Source: an uncultured candidate division Zixibacteria bacterium (GTDB lineage: Bacteria; Zixibacteria; MSB-5A5; GN15; FEB-12). From it: a stretch of 64,000 bases of DNA. Positions 1 through 8,516 of this stretch are shown piece by piece; within the stretch, counting starts at the first letter, position 1; every line of letters begins with the position of its first letter. The stretch is from positions 64,001 through 128,000 of the forward strand of contig CAWDXE010000001.1 in assembly GCA_963806185.1 (NCBI GenBank), in the 5' to 3' direction. The notes below the pieces were generated by a model. It worked only from the letters and a program-made list of their open reading frames with translations, was not told the origin of the DNA and made no database searches. The position numbers and the translations under genes are program-made.

Positions 1-263
1 CTGGCGCACGAGACGTACGCCAGCCATTGGAAGTTGAAGGCGTACGGGGCAAACTTACTTGTCAGGCTTCTTGATCAATTGGACATAGAAGCCTGACCTA
101 CGGAAGAGTCCTGACTTCTCCCCAATGTCATTCCCGCCGCCCCAATGTCATCCCCGCCGCCCCAATGTCATCCCCGCCTTGAGCGGGGATCCAGCCCTGA
201 CATGTTTCCAACAATCGTCCTACGGGCCCCCACCCCCGCCCCTCTCCCTGAAGGGCGAGGGAG
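1..263. repeat. Cluster of REP-like short palindromic repeats of several families
   Basis: CTGGCG/CGCCAG hairpin at 1-23. GTCAGGCTTCT (61-71)/AGAAGCCTGAC (87-97) followed by CTAC, i.e. GTAG-type. Three tandem ~20-bp CCCAATGTCAT(T/C)CCCGCC units at 121-178, the last closing an ATCCCCGC/GCGGGGAT hairpin. CCCCTCTCCCTGAAGGGCGAGGGAG element at ~239-263. Confidence 0.7.
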
Positions 264-343
264 AAGAAAAGAGAACTGAAAGATCGCCACGGCGCGAAGC
301 GCGCCTCGCGATGACCTTCAACAAGACTGTTCGACGACCCTCC

Positions 344-379
344 AAACAAACACCGCCGGCTGCTTGCGCAACCGGCGGT
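344..379 (-). terminator. Intrinsic terminator of the sigma-54 regulator gene
   Basis: ACCGCCGG/CCGGCGGT stem followed by GTTTGTTT on the minus strand, 30 nt after the stop codon. Confidence 0.6.
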
Positions 380-409
380 CATTTGAACTATCCTTGTCCC
401 CCTGGGTGG

Positions 410-1801
410 TTACTCACCCTCCCCGGATTCTCCCTTCCCTGGCAGAAGCTCTTTCAATTTGTACCGCTCCAGCTTGCGATAGAGTGTCGAGCTATCGATA
501 CCCAAAAGCTTGGCCGCCTCGGCCTTCTTCCCCTTCGTCTGCGTCATGACGTAGTGGATGTACGCCTTCTCGATCAATTCCAGCGACGGCGTCTTGGGGT
601 CCTCTTCACTGACCACGGTCGTCGGCTCCGGCGTCCTGAGTTTCTCCGGGAAATCGGAGACATCAATCAAGTCGGACCGATTGAGCAACACTGCCCGTTC
701 GAGCGTATTCTCCAGCTCGCGCACGTTGCCCGGCCATTGATAGCTTTTCAACAGACGCATCGACTCGGCCGACAGCCGCTTGGTAGATGACGATGTCCGC
801 GCTGCGAATTTCTTCAGGAAATGCTCGCACAGGAGTTCGATATCTTCGATCCGCTCCCGAAGCGCCGGGATATAAATCGGAATGACATTGAGCCGGTAGA
901 ACAGGTCGGCCCGGAACCGGTTGGCTTGAACGTCCTTCTCCAGATCGGCGTTGGTGGCGGCAATGAGGCGGACATCGACTTCGATCGGCTGGGTATCGCC
1001 CACCGGCGTGATCTTCTTGTCTTCGAGCACGCGCAGAAGTTTGACCTGAATCGATAGCGAGGTGTTGCCTACTTCGTCGAGGAAGAACGTCCCGTTGCTC
1101 GCGACGGCGAACAGGCCTTCCTTGTCCTTAATCGCGCCGGTAAAGGACCCTTTCCGATGGCCAAAGAGCTCCGACTCCAGCAGGGTTTCCGGCAGGGCGG
1201 CGCAGTTGATCGTCACAAACGGTCCGCCGCAACGGGTCGAGTGATGGTGAATGGCGCGGGCAATCAGGTCCTTGCCAGTGCCCGACTCACCACGAATGAG
1301 CACGGTGGAATCGGTCCCCGCCACCCGCTGAGCCAGCTTTTTCAGTTTGACGATGGCGTCGGACGCGCCGATGAATTTGTCGAACGAGTTGTCGTCCTGC
1401 AACTGGCGCTTGAGGGTCGAATTCTCCTGAATGAGCTGACGGCGATTGATGGATTTCTCGATCGCCAGCTTGATTTCGTCGACCTTAAACGGCTTGGTGA
1501 TGTAGTCAGCCGCGCCCTGTTTCATCGCCTCGATAGCGGTATCCACCGACGCAAAGGCGGTCATCACGATAAACTCCTGGCCGCTCTTGAATGACTTGAC
1601 CTGCTTGAGAACGTCGATACCGGTCATCTCCGGCATCTGCAGATCGGCGATCACCAGATCGTAATTCTTGTCCTTCAGGCGAACGACGCCATCCTTGGCC
1701 GAAGTCGTGGTGTCCACGCTGTACCCTTCCTTGGCCAGCATGATCTCCATGAAATTGCACATGGAATCTTCGTCGTCGATGACCAGAATTTTCGACGTCA
1801 T
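410..1801 (-). CDS. Sigma-54-dependent response regulator (REC-AAA+-HTH; NtrC family, PilR-like)
   Basis: N-terminal receiver (VIDDE...DLQMP), Walker A GESGTGKD, GSFTGA loop, FLDEV, WPGNVRELEN, C-terminal Fis-type HTH. Confidence 0.93.
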   Translation of the reverse strand: MTSKILVIDDEDSMCNFMEIMLAKEGYSVDTTTSAKDGVVRLKDKNYDLVIADLQMPEMTGIDVLKQVKSFKSGQEFIVMTAFASVDTAIEAMKQGAADYITKPFKVDEIKLAIEKSINRRQLIQENSTLKRQLQDDNSFDKFIGASDAIVKLKKLAQRVAGTDSTVLIRGESGTGKDLIARAIHHHSTRCGGPFVTINCAALPETLLESELFGHRKGSFTGAIKDKEGLFAVASNGTFFLDEVGNTSLSIQVKLLRVLEDKKITPVGDTQPIEVDVRLIAATNADLEKDVQANRFRADLFYRLNVIPIYIPALRERIEDIELLCEHFLKKFAARTSSSTKRLSAESMRLLKSYQWPGNVRELENTLERAVLLNRSDLIDVSDFPEKLRTPEPTTVVSEEDPKTPSLELIEKAYIHYVMTQTKGKKAEAAKLLGIDSSTLYRKLERYKLKELLPGKGESGEGE

Positions 1802-1911
1802 GAGTCCCTTTCGGACAGAGTTACAGAGCCACCGTATCCTCCTATATTTTCGGCTCTGTAGAGTCCGGATGTAGAGGGGAAAACGAAGATGATCATTCTT
1901 TACACAGGTGG

Positions 1912-1940
1912 TTGACCAACCCGGTCGACGACAATATATT
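1912..1940 (+). promoter_or_regulatory. Sigma-70-type promoter for the DUF169 operon
   Basis: TTGACC-17 nt-TATATT. Confidence 0.6.
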
Positions 1941-2018
1941 CGCTCTGTGGCGGCACGCCCATACTCTGAACCAATGCCCCTGCCGCAGCGTTACATATCG
2001 AAACCGAGGAAACATTTC

Positions 2019-2828
2019 GTGACGAGCAGTTCCGCCAGTTCACCACTACGGCTCTTGCCGGCGTTGGACAACGCCCTCACCCAGCATGTCCGCCCGGGAA
2101 CCTTCCCCCTGGCGGTGCGCATGGTAGCGGACGGTGAGGCTTTGCCCGAACGGACCCGCCGCCCGAAACAGGATTTCGGTCACGACGTGGCGATCTGCCA
2201 GACGTTCTCCATCGCCCGGCGTTACGGCTGGCAATTGGCTGTCGGCGCTGACGATGTCGGCTGCCCGCTGGCTCTGACCGCCTTCGGATTCAAGCTGGAG
2301 ACGACTGCCTTCTCTTGTGGCGAAATGTGCGGCGGCATGTTCACCGAGACGAACGAAATCGGCGCCACCACCGAGGCCCAGGTACCCAAATTCTCCTTTC
2401 AGCAATACAAATATCTGCTCACCGCCCCAATTAGCCGGGCAGCGTTTCGACCCCATCTCTACTTGATCTACGGCAATTCAGCCCAGGTCATGCGGATGAT
2501 GACTGCTTACCTGTGGAAATCGGGCGGCTACCTGTCGTCGCGGTTTTCGGGACGGCTGGATTGTGCTGACATCTGCATTGAAACAATGCTCACCGGCAAA
2601 GCGCAGGTGATCCTCCCCTGCTACGGGGATAGGGTGTTTGGCCAGACACAGGACGATGAGATGGCGTTTACGATACCGGCAGGCGACGAACAGCGGATGA
2701 TCGACGGCTTCGAGGGAACTCACGAGGGAGGAATACGCTACCCGACGCCATCATTCCTCAGGTATCAGCCTCTCTTTCCTAAACATTACTACAAACTCTT
2801 TGACGAATGGAACCGGGAGAAGCAGTGA
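2019..2828 (+). CDS. DUF169 family protein
   Basis: PLAVRM, ICQ...ARRYG, GCP, CAD...LPCYGDR and DDEM Cys motifs. GTG start at 2019 after GAGGA is preferred over 1908. Confidence 0.75.
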   Translation: MTSSSASSPLRLLPALDNALTQHVRPGTFPLAVRMVADGEALPERTRRPKQDFGHDVAICQTFSIARRYGWQLAVGADDVGCPLALTAFGFKLETTAFSCGEMCGGMFTETNEIGATTEAQVPKFSFQQYKYLLTAPISRAAFRPHLYLIYGNSAQVMRMMTAYLWKSGGYLSSRFSGRLDCADICIETMLTGKAQVILPCYGDRVFGQTQDDEMAFTIPAGDEQRMIDGFEGTHEGGIRYPTPSFLRYQPLFPKHYYKLFDEWNREKQ

Positions 2829-2877
2829 TCGATATCAAGGGTGGGGCTGTACACTTCTCCGCAATCCGGACCTGATT

Positions 2878-3882
2878 ATGGCAAGAGACAAACTCTCTCA
2901 TCGGGAACGAATACTCACGATTTGCCGGGGGGACCAACCCGATCGATATGCCGCCTCATTCTGGCGTCATTTTTATCACCTGGAGAGCACGGCCGAGGGT
3001 ACCGCCGAAGCGATGCTGAACTGGCAACGGCTCTTCGACTGGGACTTCATGAAGATCAACCCGCGCGCCGACTACCATATCGAGGACTGGGGGCTGAAAC
3101 AGAGCTACTCCCGGGACGAGTTCACCAAACACGTTAAGACAAGCTATCCAATCCGGAAGCCGGAAGACTGGATCAAGATCAATCCTCTGCCGATGACCGC
3201 ACCATCGCTGGCTGAGCATCTCAAAGTCGTCACTCTGATCCGGAAACGTTCGGATAGGGAGTTACCAATCCTAATGACTGTCTTCACCCCGCTGGCCATC
3301 GCCGGCCGGATGGTGCAGGACAATCAGATGTTGGCCGACCACATGCGCGCCCATCCCGAGCTGATTCACAGCGCTCTCCGGGCCATTGCACAGACGTTCC
3401 AGGCGTTTGTCGCCGAACTTCGCAACGCCGGCGCTGATGGCATCTTCTTCGCCACCACCCAATGGGCATCGAGCGATCTGATTACCTGGCAGGAGTACGA
3501 GGCCTTTGGAATTCCTTATGATCGCGAGGTTATCGAGGCTTCCGAGGGGGACTCGCTCAATCTGCTTCATGTTTGCGCGAGCAATAATTTCCTGGAGCCG
3601 ATGGTGCAACTCAACTACCCGGCTCAGATGATAAATTGGGATGGCAGCGATCCGACCAACTTGCCGTTGGATCTAGCCTACGAAGTCATCACCGATCAGG
3701 CTATGGTCGGTGGTGTCGACTACAACGGCTGGCTTCTGAAGGGCAATCCCGACGAAGTCGCCTACCTGACCGATCAACTCAAAGAAAACAACCAGCCCTC
3801 GCGGGTGATCATCGGACCCGGTTGCTCCATTGCGCCGGAGACACCGCTCGCAAACCTGCAGGCTATACGGGACAGATTATGA
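2878..3882 (+). CDS. Uroporphyrinogen decarboxylase (URO-D/CIMS-like) family protein
   Basis: SHRERI...PDR...SFWRHF N-terminus, GADGIFFA, LLHVC, IIGPGCSI C-terminus. Start taken at ATG 2878. Confidence 0.8.
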   Translation: MARDKLSHRERILTICRGDQPDRYAASFWRHFYHLESTAEGTAEAMLNWQRLFDWDFMKINPRADYHIEDWGLKQSYSRDEFTKHVKTSYPIRKPEDWIKINPLPMTAPSLAEHLKVVTLIRKRSDRELPILMTVFTPLAIAGRMVQDNQMLADHMRAHPELIHSALRAIAQTFQAFVAELRNAGADGIFFATTQWASSDLITWQEYEAFGIPYDREVIEASEGDSLNLLHVCASNNFLEPMVQLNYPAQMINWDGSDPTNLPLDLAYEVITDQAMVGGVDYNGWLLKGNPDEVAYLTDQLKENNQPSRVIIGPGCSIAPETPLANLQAIRDRL

Positions 3883-4346
3883 TGGACGATACTCGCCGAC
3901 AGCTCGTTGACAACATCCGCATTGCCATTGCACACCAGAAATCCGAGCGTGACGTCCTCAAGACGACCGCCGAGATGATCGATTCCTATTCCGAGGATTT
4001 CAACTGGACCGGCTTTTACATGATGAAGGGTGATATTCTCGAGGTCGGACCGTACGTCGGGCCAAAGACCGATCATGTGCGAATTGAGTTGAATCGGGGT
4101 ATTTGTGGCGCCGCGGCGTCTCAGAAGAAGACCATCATTGTGGACGATGTTCAGGCCGACCCCCGGTTTCTCGCCTGTTCGATTTCAACGCGGTCGGAAA
4201 TCGTTGTGCCGCTGCTTGACGGCGAGTCTGTGCTGGGCGAGATCGACATCGATTCAAACCGGCCGTCAAATTTCACCTCCACCGATCGCCAGATGCTGGA
4301 GGAGATTGCCGACTTGGTCGTGAATCGACTGAAAGAGGTTCGTTAA
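3879..4346 (+). CDS. msrC: GAF-domain protein, free methionine-(R)-sulfoxide reductase-like
   Basis: FNWTGFY, GPYVG, GICGAAA, FLACS...SEIVVP, IDIDS motifs; ATGA overlap with the upstream stop. Confidence 0.72.
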   Translation: MMDDTRRQLVDNIRIAIAHQKSERDVLKTTAEMIDSYSEDFNWTGFYMMKGDILEVGPYVGPKTDHVRIELNRGICGAAASQKKTIIVDDVQADPRFLACSISTRSEIVVPLLDGESVLGEIDIDSNRPSNFTSTDRQMLEEIADLVVNRLKEVR

Positions 4347-4432
4347 CCGTCGAGTGACTGCCATCCGACCGGGCAAATCTTTTGTTTACACTCCGTTGTT
4401 GATTCTGCATTATTTCCGGTGGAGGAAGTACA

Positions 4433-4957
4433 ATGCAGCGGATCAATCTCCAAGCTTCGCAGTCACTGGCGTGGATTCAACCACGAGCGTTATGCCACTC
4501 GTGGGAACTGACGCAAAACGGCCAGGTCGTCGGTACGATGGCGTTGAAAAGTAGATTCAGCTCCCGCGCGGTCGCCGAATCTGCCGAAGGAAGCTGGCGC
4601 ATGGGCCAACCTCGGTTTTTTAGTTCAGACATTCATGTCGAGAAGGACGGCGTCCCCGGTGATGTCGCCCTGGCTCATCAGAGCTGGCGTGGCAACGGGA
4701 TGATCAAATTCGCTGACGGTAAGCAATACGCCTGGAAACGAACGGGTTTCTTTCGGGGCACTTGGCACGTGACCGATGAAATCGGCCAGGAGTTTCTTAC
4801 GATAACGGAGCGCGGTCGCTTCTTTCGAGCCGAATCAGATGTACAAATTTCTCCGTTTGCAGGGAATAACAGTCATCTTCCGGTCATAGTCGCTCTCATG
4901 TGGTACCTGGTGCAGATACAACGTCGTCGAGGTGCGGCCGTCGCGGCTTCCGTGTGA
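4433..4957 (+). CDS. Hypothetical beta-rich protein
   Basis: 174-aa ORF with GGAGG RBS and two similar W/F-rich beta segments. Confidence 0.65.
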   Translation: MQRINLQASQSLAWIQPRALCHSWELTQNGQVVGTMALKSRFSSRAVAESAEGSWRMGQPRFFSSDIHVEKDGVPGDVALAHQSWRGNGMIKFADGKQYAWKRTGFFRGTWHVTDEIGQEFLTITERGRFFRAESDVQISPFAGNNSHLPVIVALMWYLVQIQRRRGAAVAASV

Positions 4958-4981
4958 TCGGCTGAAAAGGAGGAATGAAAT

Positions 4982-5143
4982 ATGTTCATGGGGATTCTGC
5001 TCCTGTTGCTGGGGTTGCTCATACTCCTGCAGCGACTGGGGGTCATTCACGGCGGCTTCTGGGGCTTTTTGTGGCCGGCCGTGCTGGTAGCGGTAGGTGT
5101 CTACCTGATTACGAAAAATCGCAGCAAGCCCAATCAGTTGTAA
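4982..5143 (+). CDS. Small membrane protein (LiaF/DUF5668-like), 53 aa; not in the ORF track
   Basis: AAGGAGG RBS; MFMGILLLLLGLLILLQRLGVIHGGFWGFLWPAVLVAVGVYLITKNRSKPNQL*, with the WP-x-hydrophobic-G pattern and two TM helices. Confidence 0.75.
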   Translation: MFMGILLLLLGLLILLQRLGVIHGGFWGFLWPAVLVAVGVYLITKNRSKPNQL

Positions 5144-5145
5144 AC

Positions 5146-5469
5146 GTGCCCATAAGCAATTTCTATTTCGATCCGGACGGCGAGGGGACGTCTGTCTTTC
5201 TCGGTCCTACAGAGTCCCGGCTCATGGACCTGGCGTGGAAGTACAAGTCACTCTCCGTGAAGAAGGCGATGACCCTCATGGGAGATGAAAGTGATCTGGC
5301 TTACACCACGATCATGACCGTGTTGCAGCGGCTCACCGACAAGGGCCTGCTGCGAAGGGAGAAACAGGGACGGAATTTTGTGTATCACGCGGTTGGTGAT
5401 CGAGAAACGTTCCTGCGCCTGCGGATCGAACGAATCCAGTTCTGCCTGAAACGAAATTTCGAAGTCTGA
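5146..5469 (+). CDS. BlaI/MecI/CopY family transcriptional regulator
   Basis: LGPTESRLMDLAW...LAYTTIMTVLQRLTDKGLLRREKQGRNFVY winged helix; GTG start just after the small membrane ORF. Confidence 0.85.
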   Translation: MPISNFYFDPDGEGTSVFLGPTESRLMDLAWKYKSLSVKKAMTLMGDESDLAYTTIMTVLQRLTDKGLLRREKQGRNFVYHAVGDRETFLRLRIERIQFCLKRNFEV

Positions 5470-5472
5470 GCG

Positions 5473-5898
5473 CTACGCCTTCCGCTCCTCCAATTCGATC
5501 AGCACCCCCCCCGCGCTCGACGGGTGCAAGAAGGCGATTCGATTTCCCTCCGCCCCAATTCGCGGTGACTGGTCGATCAGCTTCATGCCGGCAGACTTGA
5601 ATTCCATCAGCTTTGCTTCGATGTCATCCACATATATGCAGATGTGATGTAACCCCTCTCCTCGATTCGCAATGAAACGAGCAATCGGGCTGGTTGGATC
5701 AGTTGCGGAGATCAGTTCGATATTGCCGCCGGTCCCCCCGTGAGACTCATCCGTGGCCGAGAACACCGCCACTTTCACTTTCTGATCCGGCACGTCCTGA
5801 ATAAGGACAGGCGGTCGTCCCAGCAATCTCTCATAATTCCTGATCCCCACCTGCAGATCAGCCACCGCAATACCGATGTGGGAAAGGATATTCCGCAT
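5473..5898 (-). CDS. mce: Methylmalonyl-CoA epimerase
   Basis: HIGIAV, IELI, GEGLHHI, FLHP...GGVLIEL VOC motifs; operon context. Confidence 0.92.
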   Translation of the reverse strand: MRNILSHIGIAVADLQVGIRNYERLLGRPPVLIQDVPDQKVKVAVFSATDESHGGTGGNIELISATDPTSPIARFIANRGEGLHHICIYVDDIEAKLMEFKSAGMKLIDQSPRIGAEGNRIAFLHPSSAGGVLIELEERKA

Positions 5899-6443
5899 CA
5901 GGAACCGCTCCCGCCTTCATTTTCGGCTTCCGCCGCTGAGTCGGCTACTCGCTTAAGCGAATCGTATTGCCACTGCTGCGCCGGTATGGCCATGGTCGGC
6001 CGTATCCACCGACCCCGATGGAAATACATGGTGAATTCATCAGGGTAATGATACTCTGTACCGGTCACGCCAACCAGATAGGCATCAATACTGACTCGCG
6101 CCGAGTCACGACTAAATAATGTCACCTTCTTGGCTGTCAGCGATACCACCGAATCCGCTTCTATCTTACGGATCATTTCCTGCTGAAGGTACTCGTCAAA
6201 CGATATCTTGTCCTGGAAGTACTCGAACTCCTGATCGTACAGCACGGCCATGTCGCGTCGCTTCCATCGCGCGAGGGTCTCATCCAGCACCTGCTGGATC
6301 TGCGCACTGTCCGTGACGACTCCGCCCGTCGTCGTGTCGGACCGCGTGTTCGTTTCCTTCTTGTCCCCTCCGCAGCCTATCAACGAAGCTGCGCCGAACA
6401 TTACCAGAATGAAGCTGAATCGCCCGATCTTACCTATTGTCAT
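5898..6443 (-). CDS. Hypothetical lipoprotein
   Basis: Signal peptide with LIGC lipobox; overlaps both neighbouring genes. Confidence 0.75.
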   Translation of the reverse strand: MTIGKIGRFSFILVMFGAASLIGCGGDKKETNTRSDTTTGGVVTDSAQIQQVLDETLARWKRRDMAVLYDQEFEYFQDKISFDEYLQQEMIRKIEADSVVSLTAKKVTLFSRDSARVSIDAYLVGVTGTEYHYPDEFTMYFHRGRWIRPTMAIPAQQWQYDSLKRVADSAAEAENEGGSGS

Positions 6444-8004
6444 GGTATTCACCCCACACCTTTCGGAAAATATCTGCTATCTCACCTACGGTGACGTATG
6501 CCTCGACCGCTTCGAGTACCGGATACACGACGTTGCCGTTGCTCCGGCAGGTCCGTTCCAGATTCTTCATGGCGATGTCAACCTGGTCCGCCTTGCGCAC
6601 CGCCCTGACGTTTCTCACCGCGGTAATTTGCTGCGTCTCCAGTTGCGGGTCAACTTTGAGCACCTGCGGCACACTCGCTCCGGCCTGCACAAATCTGTTG
6701 ACCCCCACAATGATCCGCTCCTGCCGCTCGATCTCCATCTGATGTTCGTAGGCCGCCCGGGCGATTTCCTCCTTGAAGTATCCAGTCTCGACGCATCGAA
6801 TTGATCCACCCAAATGCTCGATCCGTCCCATGATCTCAAGCGCTTTCTTCTCAATCCCGTCTGTCAGAAATTCTATGAAATATGATCCGGCGAGAGGATC
6901 AACGGTATTGGTCGCACCCGACTCATGGGCCACAATCTGCTGGGTGCGAAGGGCGATTTCAGCTGATTTCTCAGTCGGCAGGGCCAGGGCCTCGTCATAG
7001 GCATTGGTGTGCAGCGACTGCGTCCCGCCCAGAACCGCCGCCAGCGCCTGGATGGTCGTGCGGACGATATTGTTCTCCGGCTGCTGGGCCGTCAGGGTCA
7101 CGCCACCAGTCTGGGTATGGAATCGCAATAGCATCGATCTCTCGTCTTTCACCGCAAACTGATCTCTCATGATACCCGCCCAGATTCGACGTGCCGCCCG
7201 GAATTTGGCGACTTCTTCAAAGAGGTCACTGTGGCAGGCGAAGAAGAACGACAAACGGGGTGCGAATTCATCGATCGCCAGACCGGCTTCGAGAGCCGCC
7301 TTAACATACGCCTTCGCGTTGGCGAGCGTAAAGGCAATCTCCTGCGCAGCAGTGGCGCCGGCCTCGCGAATATGATACCCCGAAATCGAAATCGTATTGT
7401 ACTTCGGCAGGTGTTCGTTGGCGTAGGCGAATATATCGGTGATGATTTTCATCGACGGTCCGGGTGGGAGTATATATGTCCCGCGAGCGATGAATTCTTT
7501 TAGAATGTCATTCTGAACGGTACCGCTGATTTGATCAGCCGGCACTCCCTGCTTCTTCGCCACTGTCACGTACATCGCCAGCAGGATGACCGCGGTCGAA
7601 TTGATTGTCATCGAGGTCGATACCTTGTCGAGCGGGATACCGTCGAAAAGCTGCTCCATGTCGGCCAGGGAATCGATTGCCACACCGGTGCGACCGACCT
7701 CGCCACGAGCCATCGGGTGATCGGAGTCGTACCCGATCTGCGTCGCCAGATCGAAGGCGACCGACAGACCGGTTTGACCGCGTTCCAGCAGATACTTGAA
7801 CCGTTGATTGGTTTCAGCTGCTGTGCCGAATCCGGCATATTGGCGCATCGTCCAGAGTCGACTGCGGTACATGTCGGGATAGACGCCGCGCGTATACGGG
7901 AATTCGCCCGGCTTGCCCAACTGCGCGAGATCGACCTTGTGGTCGTCTGCGCCAATAACGACCGGGATTTCAATTCCCGACGATGTCTTCACCGGCTTGG
8001 CCAT
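6430..8004 (-). CDS. mcmA: Methylmalonyl-CoA mutase, large (substrate-binding) subunit
   Basis: [18 protein letters not shown] (Tyr), [14 protein letters not shown] (Arg), [19 protein letters not shown]; no B12-binding domain. Confidence 0.93.
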   Translation of the reverse strand: MAKPVKTSSGIEIPVVIGADDHKVDLAQLGKPGEFPYTRGVYPDMYRSRLWTMRQYAGFGTAAETNQRFKYLLERGQTGLSVAFDLATQIGYDSDHPMARGEVGRTGVAIDSLADMEQLFDGIPLDKVSTSMTINSTAVILLAMYVTVAKKQGVPADQISGTVQNDILKEFIARGTYILPPGPSMKIITDIFAYANEHLPKYNTISISGYHIREAGATAAQEIAFTLANAKAYVKAALEAGLAIDEFAPRLSFFFACHSDLFEEVAKFRAARRIWAGIMRDQFAVKDERSMLLRFHTQTGGVTLTAQQPENNIVRTTIQALAAVLGGTQSLHTNAYDEALALPTEKSAEIALRTQQIVAHESGATNTVDPLAGSYFIEFLTDGIEKKALEIMGRIEHLGGSIRCVETGYFKEEIARAAYEHQMEIERQERIIVGVNRFVQAGASVPQVLKVDPQLETQQITAVRNVRAVRKADQVDIAMKNLERTCRSNGNVVYPVLEAVEAYVTVGEIADIFRKVWGEYHDNR

Positions 8005-8516
8005 CAGGATAGCTCCAGCAGAGTGTCACCCTTTTCGACCGACTTCCCCTGATCGGCGATGATCGTCTTGACCGTGGCGTCCGCCTTGGCTTTGATGATA
8101 TTTTCCATCTTCATCGCCTCGATCACCACCAGCGGCTGACCTTTGACTATTTTGTCCCCCGGGGCGACTTTGATCGTGACCACCATTCCCGGCATGGGCG
8201 CCCTGACATACCGCTCGGCGCTCGGCCCGACGGCCGTCGCCGCCCGCTTGCGAATCTGCGCCAGATGATAATCCTCGACCGTCACCGGAATTTCCATCCC
8301 CCGCATGAACACGATCTTTTCGCCGTCGCCGCTGATTGTCCGCACATCTACCTCGTGCGATTCCTTGTTCACCAGCAACAGGAACCGGCTCTCGCCAAGC
8401 GAGTGTGCTTCGATGTCGAACTCCTTGCCGTCGACTTTCACCCGGTAGCGCTCGGATTGGTACTCCAGTTCAATATCAAAATCGCGACCCTCGACTGTCA
8501 CGTGATAGCGCGGCAT
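8004..8516 (-). CDS. Biotin carboxyl carrier protein
   Basis: APMPG and EAMKMEN biotinylation motif. Confidence 0.93.
   Translation of the reverse strand: MPRYHVTVEGRDFDIELEYQSERYRVKVDGKEFDIEAHSLGESRFLLLVNKESHEVDVRTISGDGEKIVFMRGMEIPVTVEDYHLAQIRKRAATAVGPSAERYVRAPMPGMVVTIKVAPGDKIVKGQPLVVIEAMKMENIIKAKADATVKTIIADQGKSVEKGDTLLELS

Noticed and set aside
121..180. Three 20-bp direct repeats as a possible CRISPR array
   Set aside because: The repeats abut with no spacers and no cas genes are present; they fit a tandemly amplified REP-like element better
125..790. 221-aa plus-strand ORF, and the many other overlapping alternative-frame ORFs in the window
   Set aside because: They translate repeats or the antisense of well-supported genes, as expected in GC-rich DNA
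4975..5145. N-terminal extension of the BlaI ORF as given in the ORF track
   Set aside because: It is non-homologous sequence overlapping a better-supported small membrane ORF in another frame
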